A DNA stretch of 60,969 nt, filler included, from Sphacelaria rigidula (Eukaryota): assembly GCA_964200075.2 (NCBI GenBank). It is 10 parts of 10 records of this genome, joined end to end, with 100 filler letters (N's around TTAATTAATTAA, not from the genome) between each part and the next. Parts side by side here need not be neighbours in the genome. Positions count along the whole stretch, not along the records: positions 48,858 to 54,863 come from CAXNAA020022846.1; positions 54,964 to 60,969 come from CAXNAA020022847.1; 8 more parts are not named here. One strand, written 5' to 3'. Within the stretch, counting starts at the first letter, position 1, and the number at the start of each line of letters is the position of its first letter. The position numbers and the translations under genes are program-made. Positions 51,649 to 60,969 of the stretch are shown in pieces. The notes under the pieces were generated by a model, which saw only the letters and a list, made by a program, of their open reading frames with translations, had not been told where the DNA came from and searched no databases.

Positions 51649-54600
51649 CTATACCACAAATCTTATGTCGTTCTCCTCGTCTTCGCCACCATCGCCACTG
51701 CCACCATCCACCACCTGTGACACATTCCCGGGAACATGACGCGACACTGTGCCGACTTGAGTAAGAGGCCATGCCTGAAGGTAGAGAGCGCACAAGAGGG
51801 GTCGAACCCACGGATCGAGAAGAAAGGGACACGGCGATAGCTGAGAACGCAATCCGGGGCTTGCAGAGCTGTATGCTTGAGCAGATTTTGAATTGCACAA
51901 CCTCCGCGCACCATCTTCAAAATGTCAAGTGCAAATTCTTCCTGCCTTTGCCCAGTTGTAATGCGGACGGTGCGCATATGATGGCGTGTGATTCCGTGGG
52001 TGTGGTCGGGACATGATGGGCGCTGCTGCCTCTGGGGCACGATCTCGTTACTTGAACTTATTCTGTGGATATCGACATTTTGTCGACGCTGTCCCCTCGA
52101 GATGCGATTTTCCCCGCGTTTACAAGATTGAAAGAGCGGAGACTAGCCAAAATCAGCGGAGGGGTTGCGGTGAGTAGAAATCCCAGAGCGTCAGTCACAC
52201 CAGCCTCAACGGGTATCTCAAATCCGCGATGATGACTTTGTAAGGGCAGCATGGATGGTCAAAAGGAGCTTGCTGCGGACCTGCAGCGACCCCTCGCGTG
52301 TTATCTACACGTTACAAACCCCATCCAAAACAACCAAAGGGCAAATAACGGTTTAGTACATCCCTACGAACCCCTTGGGGGTCCACCAGAATGCCTCGTG
52401 TCTCGTGCTTAGAGGTGAGCATGAGGTGCTTCCTTCAGTTTTAGAATAATGGACTGGTGGGTGCCCCAGATCACGGAACCATGACCATGAGATGTGGATA
52501 TTTTCATCTCGTGTGTCATGGATTTTTCAGATCCGCCAACAAGTGCCCATATGGCGACGCGAGATGCCCGAGCCTCTCGAGGCGAGTGTCACTGCCTTCG
52601 ACAAACGGAGAGCAGTCCTACACGTTGTGATTGTCATGGACACGCACGGATGGAACAGCAACAGCAGGTGAAGAAGCGTCGAACTTTGAAACATGACAGG
52701 TTAGCGTACAAATTGACATGAAGCCGCTTCTATGGTTCGGGTCGTTGGGTAGTGATGAACCAGCAACTTGCCGCCCAGCTTTGGGTATAGTTTTTCACCC
52801 GGTTTGTAATCAGCATCAAGCAGATGTTCTTTTGTACATTTTTTCCTTGTACATCCCGATAAATGCCCTGCCTGTGTTTTCTATCCTCCTTGGCAAGACC
52901 AGCTCGTGTGGTACAATTAAAACGTAAGAAGCCAAGGCTGTTGTCTCAGTGCTATGCTCACTTTCACATGGGGGGGACCGTGTGACACCGCAGCCGAGGT
53001 AGGTGCACGAGTTTGTGGGATAGCAAGGTTCGGTCGCGGTGCCGGTATCTCCCTCCCCTCGTTCCGACCACCCTATTGCAAGCCCATTGGAATCGCGAGC
53101 ACATGGACCATGACCAGCCCTGGGTACCCATCACTTGTCACAAAACAAAATCGAGCTCGACCTGACCCGCTGGCACTGAAAGCACGCAAGGTCTCAACAC
53201 AATGAGACGCATTTTGTGTGGCCATGTGCCGAAGGCTTGTGGCACACGACTGTCCATGCATACCCCGCTTCAATCTTCGACCAACAGCGAGGACAATCAT
53301 TATCCAGGCTAAGGTAACCCGTGCGTGGTGGAGAAGCACCCCTTCCCATCTCCTCGTCTCACCTTCACAACTACCCTCCCTTTCACCATCGCCAATGGCA
53401 CGGGGCCGTAGGTTCTGGAGTCTGTCGAGTTTGATGCGTTATCGCCCTCTAGCCACACGTGCCCCTGAGGTACGCTCTCCAGGCGCCCGCCGAACCATGA
53501 TCTAGAATGCACGAGTACCGTTTCACCTTCCTGTTCAGGGGGATGATGAAAAAATAATGATCATCCTCAGTACATATCGTCAGGTGATGCAAGGCCGACC
53601 ACATTATCAACCCTTGTGGAGATGATCAATTGTACCACTTTGGTATGCTGTATCGCCGCGCCCCGGTGGTGTAATGGTCCGACTGTCGCCGTTAGGGTGA
53701 AGAGAACAAGGGTTCGAACCCCGATGCGTTGGGCTTTGTCTTCGTAATGTACGATTTCCACCGTGAAAAGCGTGAGGCCGTGAGTAAACAAAGTAGTCGA
53801 CTGGGTTTGTGTGACGTGAGTTGACGCGGTGCGGGAGTGCTGACCCAACCCACGAGACCAAAATTCAAGGCGTGTACCGGGGGAGAGATCCCTTCAGACG
53901 ACGGACTCATCCCGAGAAAGGGGGGGGTTGAAAGTGCGACAGATAAGTAAATGAACAAGAAATCTATGGAGTTAGCCCCGACTGTACGGTATCGTTGGAG
54001 ATTGCTCCCTTCGCCGGGTAAAATTCATGGTGCGCACGATGATCACACAGAATGCCGCGAGTGCCGCTTCTGTCCCTTGAAAAGCACCACATACTCGTGT
54101 TGGGATACTAATTACTCTCGCGATGATCTCAAACAGCACGTACCGGCCAATTTGCCTTTGAATATGCTTGAGTTTGGTCCTTCAACTCATGGTGGAGTCT
54201 CGCCCACCTTTCTCAAACTAACCAACCAGTCCACAGCATACGCGTCCACTCTCTCACGAAGACTAATGGCGTGGGTTGCAACTGAACCCTGCATGAATAA
54301 GCCGAAAATTCACTCCAGGCTCTGGGAAGCTTTCAACAAACGGTAACGCGAAAATTGGGGCCCATTGGAAAAATAGTCAACAAGTTTAGCGCACAAAACA
54401 CCCCCTTCCCTGTTTGTAACGACATTCTCCAGGTGACCAACCGCTGAACAGCTCCGGAAGTCGCCTCGCAACACAGTCATTAACAGCGTACGCGGACCCA
54501 CCTTGGCGATAACGCGCTTACAGACCATCTGCTTGGCATTTTGAGGCGTGTTGGCGATGACCACATCCCCCCGCTCTACTTCTCCTTTCCTGGGCGAGAA

Positions 54601-54663
54601 CTTGTCCACAAACACCACATCTCCAGCCATGTTGAACGTTGGTAACATCGACGGACCAGCGCA
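51649..54663 (-). CDS. IMMP1L: Mitochondrial inner membrane peptidase subunit 1 (peptidase S26), first exon missing
   Basis: Phase-0 exons 54663-54502, 53530-53363 and 51774-51649 (stop). Motifs GPSMLPT (catalytic Ser), CKRVIA (catalytic Lys), [24 protein letters not shown] and KAWP. Confidence 0.92.
53655..53928 (+). mobile_element. tRNA-derived SINE-like element, copy 2 (in an IMMP1L intron)
   Basis: Pol III A-box TGGTGTAATGG and B-box GGTTCGAACCC, no acceptor stem. The body aligns with 16065-16348(-). Confidence 0.8.
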
Positions 54664-54773
54664 CTGAAATCAGCAACGAAAATATGGTTTTCGGCACACA
54701 CACAAAAAGCGGGGATATGCATGGGGCACGATTCAGGAAAACACAAAAGATATCACACCACTTAACGAGCCGG

Positions 54774-54863
54774 TCGCCCCGGCGGCTCAGTTGGTAACCT
54801 CGTAACCGTCTGGTGGTTGAGTTGTGGGGTTCGATTCTCGGAGCGGTCTGGGATTTTTTCTTA
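54774..54863 (+). mobile_element. tRNA-like SINE head or tRNA pseudogene, truncated by the scaffold end
   Basis: GCCCCGGCGGCTCAGTTGGTAA (A-box) and GGTTCGATTCTCG (B-box). It does not form a full cloverleaf. Confidence 0.6.
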
Positions 54864-55081
54864 NNNNNNNNNNNNNNNNNNNNNNNNNNNNNNNNNNNNN
54901 NNNNNNNTTAATTAATTAANNNNNNNNNNNNNNNNNNNNNNNNNNNNNNNNNNNNNNNNNNNNCGACACGCGTGTACACCGCATTCGTTAGGTGCACCTA
55001 GACACAGCTACTCAACTGCTGCGGACATTTGGGGTGGGAGATGACTTCGCTCGGTCGCAAGTGTTTCGCGTCTTCTCTGCA

Positions 55082-55146
55082 AAAGAGAAATGCCACTTTA
55101 ACCTCATTTTTTTGTACGAACCCATTTTCTAGAATCCACTGTTTAA
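55082..55146 (+). repeat. Short interspersed repeat (A.ATGCCAC..CC.CAT.TTT..ACCC..CTGTT)
   Basis: Homologous at ~6109-6175(+) and ~41083-41150(-). Confidence 0.6.
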
Positions 55147-56194
55147 TCCAGTATGTAATCCGCGCACCTATTCGTTGATATGCTCACGCAAAAAGGCCCG
55201 AGCGCGGGGCATTTTCCCGACTTTCGGGGTCAACGTTTGACACCTCACGAGCAATACATGGGCCTTTCAGTATAATCAACTTATTTTTTTCTTTCACCTA
55301 CCTTAGGAGAGCTGGAGACAGCCCAGAACTTCGTATCACCCGGGGTTGGGGTTGAAAACACAAAACTGGTGATTATTCCGAGAAGGTAGGGCTATCTGTG
55401 GTTACCTCGTGTCAAAGTATCACCCCGAAACTCGAAGCATTGCGCCGCGCATCTTTAGTGGACTGTGGCGGCGGAGCCTCTGCCGGCCCAGCTCGTATGC
55501 CATGTACTGCGATGATCGTACCTGAGGATGGAAATGCAGTCTAATTCAACGAGCCGAATGTATGCGTTCCCGAGAAATTTGACCTTCTCAAAGATGCTTA
55601 CGCACTCATGATACGATGCCATGACGGCCGTTGGGTGCGCCAAATATATGTAATATTGCACCTGTGGACAGATAGCACCCGGTGGGGCGCACTGTGCAGG
55701 GTCCGTACAGGGTCCTTCACAGTCTTTGTGAAGAAAACCCTGACAGTGAAAAGCCAAATCTGTACCCCTCGTAGCGTTTTGATAGGGTTTTCCCCATGGT
55801 TGGATTTACAGCCCTGTGTAGGCACGTCGGCAAAGCCCTGCACAGTCTTGTGCTAGTGCTTTGGTAAAAAACCCTGACGATTTTTTTTTATTCCAAATAT
55901 TTTGGTACAAAATCTCTAAATTTATATATTTTCAATAATTAGCTTGTCCTCCTGTCCGAGGTAAATTCCTCTTCACCCGATTTGAATCGAGCGAAAAGGA
56001 ATTTATTTCGGACAGCACGACAAGCTATTCAAAACAGATGCTTTCCCCCCCCCAATTTATTTATGCAAAAAAACTGATTCATTACGAACAGCAGAAGAAG
56101 CTGTTCAAGATAAATCCTTTTTTCGCCCATTTTTGAAATGAGCGAAAAAAGGATCTATTTCGAACAGCTTCTTCTGCTGCGCAAATCCTATGCA

Positions 56195-56443
56195 GACTGC
56201 CGCCGAGATAGCCCTCCCCGAACCGGCCGAAAAAGTGCACGCATGCGATGATCATAAATGCCGTTAAAGCTGGTTTTCGTGCTGTACGACGCGGCTTATT
56301 CGTGCGAAATAGCTAATTTCGAACTGCTCCACGCCTCTCATGAGGGCGAATTTTCTGGAAACGAGCCCATTAGTGGGATCGCAGCCGTTTTTTCGCACCG
56401 TCTCATGTGCACGTTTTGTTGGGGGGTTATTTCGGCATGAGTC
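56195..56443 (+). mobile_element. ~250-bp MITE with GAC...GTC termini, copy 3, TSD TGCA
   Basis: Homolog of 4719-4979 with TGCA on both flanks. Confidence 0.8.
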
Positions 56444-58807
56444 TGCACACTGGCAGATTCGGAATTTGAACAGCAGAAGAAGCTCGAAATATATATTTAC
56501 CTTTCCCTCCAATTCATCTAGAGGTCGGGGGAAAGGAGATTTATTGCAAGCAGCGTCAGCTGCTGGGCAAATCCCGCATACTGCATCGTCACCAGCGCAT
56601 GGGATCTGACACGCAGAAAAAGTTGCCGAAAGGTTTTCATCCTTTTGCCCCCCAGTCCATGTGTACATGGGCTGAAGGATGAATAGCTCTCAACAGCTTT
56701 CGCTGAGTAGAGATCCCACACGTTGGGTACGTGTTTATGTCCACACCTGTGCTTCGGACGGTCGGGTATACCTCGTCCATCTATGTACATTTTTCACAAA
56801 ACCCCGTATTCCGTCGTCTACTAACACGAACCATGTTTAGGAAATATCACTTCATCAATCGTATATTAATAGTACACGTAGATCATCATCACCCGAAGAT
56901 ATATCTATACTACCGTATATATATATATATATATATCACCGCACGCAAATCGAATATCAATGAATGCGCCCGCCCGCACAACAGTAGTATTATTGCGTCC
57001 AGCTATACCACCATAACCCCGCAGCAAAGATCACGGGTTGGGCACAGGGATAAAGACACAGACACACTGCCGTGCGGGTGGAGATGATGTATTTTCGTTG
57101 GTGGAAACTTGAGCACCTTCTTTCATGGTCGCGACATCGCGCGGCGACGACATACGCGGGGTGCGTACAGGCGGGGTGCGAGGAACAAACAACCGGCCGC
57201 CTATATTATGCGTATACACACTCACCATATGCATGCTGCGGACGCACTGCGATATAACATAGTGCAGCATACAGGCCGCGTGCGATATCCTGCACGTTGT
57301 TCAAGCCCTTTTCACGTCGCACTGTAGGTAGAGAACATACATGTATATTGTCCTGCGCTGCCTGTACTGTACTTTTCCCCTTCCCTTTCACGCCCTACAC
57401 ACTGTGCTGCAGCAGCTGTGCGCAAATATGCTGTGGAACGCGCGTGAAAAACTGGAGTTCGTGACGGTATATAACACCCGCCCCATATATCAAAATAAGC
57501 TGCAGGCATATGAATTGTATTTATGACCAGCCGTCTGCAGTGCATGGCGCCGCACGTATAAGCACGGCGGTATAGCGCACTGTCCCGCATGCAATGGTAT
57601 TGTACAGTCCAGTACAGTTTATTGTCGTGAATATATATCCCGAGTATGCAGTATCAACCGCGCGATGAGATGTTTCATTATCCCCTGTATATTGTTTTTC
57701 TTCGTCGACACGGGACTACGGAGTTTTCATCAGGTATATGCATCCATGACGGAGGTAAATTGCGATCCGTTAGCATGACGTCAGCTGCAACAAAAGCGTG
57801 CGTGCGTGAAGCTGCTCGCGAGCAAGTTATTTCTCCACCCAATTTCAGGTATTCTTGGCGGTGTTTAAATTCCATCTGCTATACACAGTGTATATGGGAT
57901 TATCTGTAGAGCTGAAGCTCTTCGAAATGAATCCTTTTTCCTATACCAAGTTTAGAATTAGGATTTATTTCGAACAGCCGAGGCTGTCTAAATTCCAGAT
58001 TTCCATTACACTTGTGCCTCTAAAACAAATTCGGGGGATTTCAGTGTTATTGACACGGACCTTCGAGGGCCCCAAAATTCAGAAGTATAAAAATACGTTC
58101 CGTCCACAACGACTACCACGCGTAGCTCCGTGTGTAACCGATTGAATACATAGCGATGAAGTTGATGGTCCGATTCTCCGTCGAACCTAATCAGTTTATT
58201 TTTCGCCAGTACCTTGCGCCCACAGCTGCATGTGGAGGGTATTGTTTGCGCGTAAACACACTGCGCAGCATTGCCAGCAGCGATGAACTCTTCACCGGGC
58301 GACGGAACCCTGTGATGCACACTATTCATAACCACTGTAGAGAAACCCTGTGGAGAAGAACCCTGTGATGCATACTATTCATGACCACTGTAGGGAAACC
58401 CTGTGGAGTGTCCTGTGCTACGCTGGAAAACGTTGTACAGTAAAATTCCAGCCAGAAACACTGCGCAGGGTACGTAAACCCTGTAGACCCCCTCCACAGG
58501 GTGCTGTCTGTCCACGTGTGTGTATGGTGCTGGTTTTTATATTCGCGCACAACACGGAGGTCTTGACGTAAATCGAGATGAACGGTGACGACTTGTACTA
58601 GCCAAACTGAATTCTTGGTGAACCCAGATAGACCACACTCGCAGGTTACTCGATAGCTATGCTTCTGTAGTCTTGGTTGGACTGTAGCCAAACTGTTAGT
58701 TTATGTTCACTGGGCATATAGTTGTATTAACCATTGACTGGCACAAATGACAAAAAAAAAACTCTGCTCCTCTTCGGGGGTACTCATACGTCTGCTGGTG
58801 CTCACCC

Positions 58808-59060
58808 TCATGCTCCGTCCGCTCTTCTTACGCCCCCACCTCCCTTTCTCGATCCGTCCCGACTCGGCAGGTAGTTGAGGACAACGTGTTCGATTTGCTC
58901 CTGTTCCACTGGGTCAAGCGCATGTACCTTGAAAGAAGAGTCTGCCGAAGCCAGTAATCTTACGTTTCTCGCGTAGTTGACTGGGATGAAGACATACATG
59001 CCGAAAACAGTCCATCGAAAGTATCCAGACTGCGTTTTTGGGGTTGTTACCTTGTAGCTG
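58808..59060 (-). pseudogene. Degenerate Ulp1-like (peptidase C48) fragment, probably transposon-borne
   Basis: Frameshifted W..MDCF / YVFIPVN / YWL / VHALDP..IEHVVLNYL, resembling the Ulp1 pattern vFiPvN..HW.l..LDS. Confidence 0.4.
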
Positions 59061-59239
59061 TTGGTTGGTGTACAAACTATTGCACATGATAGGCAAGAAA
59101 TGTTGATATACTACAACAAAGTGTGCAAGACACATCTTCGCAGTGACATATCAGATACTGATGCCACACATGTATAAAGAACCAGCGCAAGCAGGCACAA
59201 GGTAGGAACGGTCTGAAAGGACCAGATCGCCGAGGACCC

Positions 59240-59482
59240 TGTAATGCCAACGATGCTAGACAACTTGGGGTGATGCCAGGAAGAGCCTGATATCAGGACG
59301 GATCAACATCCCCCGAGGAACCGGTCGCCCCCTGGCGACCACCTCTCGTCTGATCCCTTACTGCCTACATATACAAGAGGAAGTCATCGCGAGCCTCGGA
59401 GTTCCTTCGGCATCAGGACGGCAGTCTCCCCCGTAGGTCTCTGACTACTTTAGCGATACGCCTTCCTCACATTGGCGACACC
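59240..59482 (+). mobile_element. Putative LTR (TGTAAT...CTCACA, ends 59471) plus PBS TGGCGACACC
   Basis: The CA end is followed after 1 nt by TGGCGACACC, complementary to a tRNA ending GGUGUCG-CCA. The left boundary is uncertain. Confidence 0.5.
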
Positions 59483-59659
59483 AGAACAGATCTCAGGCAA
59501 GACAGACCTTAGAATAAGTAAAAACCTGGAACAAGAACCGACTGCTCTCCGACACCGGAAACACTCGGGGCCTCCAAGGAACGCTACTCAAGGTGAAACG
59601 GATGGGTCATGTGCATAATTATTCGAGTTGAGACGTTATTGGAGTCATGTGTTTGGATC

Positions 59660-59835
59660 AACGCGAAATTAGCCCCCTCAGTGTGCATTTATATGTCACC
59701 CGCATGACCAATCAAACAGCGAAACGCGAAGTTAGACTCCTCAGTGTGCAGTATATATGTCACCTGTATGACAAGTCAAACAGCGAAAACCCGAAATTAT
59801 CCCCATCAGCGTACATATATATCATCAGGATGGCT
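59660..59835 (+). repeat. ~63-bp tandem repeat, about 3 units
   Basis: CGCGAA.TTAG.C.CCTCAGTGTGCA..TATATGTCACC.G.ATGAC...TCAAACAGCGAAA is repeated. Confidence 0.85.
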
Positions 59836-59919
59836 AATTAAGGAGCGAGAGTGATGCTGCGATAGGATCTGCACTTTTGGGGCCAAAACCGGCCTGATTC
59901 AGGGGTCCCTAAAATTAGG

Positions 59920-60920
59920 AACGACACAAGAATATGGGTCAGGATATCTCCGTTGACAAATTCATTCGGGATATCCCTAACAAATTGGAAGAAAAACCCT
60001 GGCGTACTCTCACCTATTTGGAAAGTCGTGTTTTGATTGAGATAAAGGGTTCCTAACAATTCTACTCTCAGGCCGCAAAAGTGCTGACCCTATCGCAGCA
60101 TCACCCGCGAAACCACACTCATCAGCCAACCTTTCACCACCACAGGGCGAAAGACACGGCAATTGATCAAGCAGGCCGACCTCTGGAAACGCGGTGACTC
60201 GAGATGACACTAACAAACGGATTAACCCAACCTGCGAATGTGTGACCTTGTCATTGACCACCATTTAGCAAGCGAAAAAAAAGGAGGTGTATTGGCTATT
60301 CTTACCGCATCCTAGCCCACAAGCTGAGAGGAGCTGGGAACTACAGACACTTCAATATTCCACACCTCATCACGCATGAAATAGAGGAAAGTGCCAACTG
60401 TCTGGTGAAGAATAATATCGGAGAGGAGTGGGTTTCCTAGTCAATACAGTAACTCACTCCTCCAGAGGGGCACCACGCCAGCCCTCAGTCGTGATGTGAA
60501 AGTACACACTAGGAGGGGAAGCTGGAAAAAAGCACGATGTGAGTCGATTTCTGAGCAGCATTCAGCAGAGCAGCCATGGAAAAAGCGACACACCGGACGA
60601 ATATCCATCATCGTCGAATATGAAGCTCAACTTATATGTTATTCTGTACCCAATTTCGGAACATCTTTGGAAACGAAAGAGTTCGTTTTTTCAAAGTACA
60701 TCGACATGGTTGGAATGACTCTCCTAACCCGACGGAAAGTGTCCGCTTTGGGTCCGTTCAAGCGTTCGAAGATACTGTGGAACAGCACTATGAATCTTTC
60801 CTGTCATTGGCACCTGCAAATCAGTACAGTACCATCACAAATCGACAATTTAACGTTCTTATTAGAAACCAACGGGCACCAAAGTGTTCGCAGTTAGGAA
60901 GACTGGCATTTTCATAGAGG
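59920..60920 (+). pseudogene. Degenerate pogo/Tigger-like (DDE_1) transposase remnant
   Basis: Frameshifted motifs LESR..QFY..KVL, NERVRFFKVHRH..PNP, VSALGPFKR and RKTGIF occur in pogo order. The 5' part is homologous to ~22890-22945. Confidence 0.45.
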
Positions 60921-60969
60921 AGAAACTCTGTGTTCCCCCGTGGCCGCTGCATGCGGTCTCCAAAGCTAT

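Noticed and set aside
53660..53735. Functional tRNA gene
   Set aside because: No acceptor stem pairing, and it is embedded in a longer repeated body. Called as a SINE head instead.
6009..54963. Regularly spaced TTAATTAATTAA motifs every ~6.1 kb, and any gene cluster spanning them
   Set aside because: These are artificial linkers between size-sorted scaffolds. The lyase, NAGS, EFHC and IMP1 genes are not physically linked.

Overview
This is not a contiguous locus. It is ten unrelated ~6.0-kb eukaryotic scaffolds (6008, 6007 or 6006 bp, sorted by size) joined by artificial 100-nt N44-TTAATTAATTAA-N44 linkers, so adjacency across a linker has no biological meaning. The organism is probably a brown alga or another stramenopile. 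This is an inference from the long GT-AG introns, the flagellar DM10 gene, the ArgA-type NAGS, TTAGGG repeats and the polysaccharide-lyase-like gene. Four partial spliced genes can be reconstructed: (1) a minus-strand gene with two tandem polysaccharide (alginate)-lyase-like domains, with one apparent frameshift and weak splice sites; (2) N-acetylglutamate synthase; (3) an EFHC1/Rib72-like DM10-domain protein; (4) mitochondrial inner-membrane peptidase IMP1. Most of the rest is transposon-derived: Ty3/Gypsy remnants, an LTR+PBS+gag 5' end, pogo, hAT and Ulp1 remnants, a tRNA-derived SINE family and several MITE families with identifiable TIRs and TSDs. The most notable items are the tandem-domain lyase, a TGT...ACA MITE with 5-bp TSDs that carries telomeric (CCCTAA)n and clusters in that lyase locus, and a GAC...GTC MITE with variable 4-bp TSDs. 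No CRISPR array, rRNA gene or intact tRNA gene was found. All alignments were done by eye; no database searches were run.
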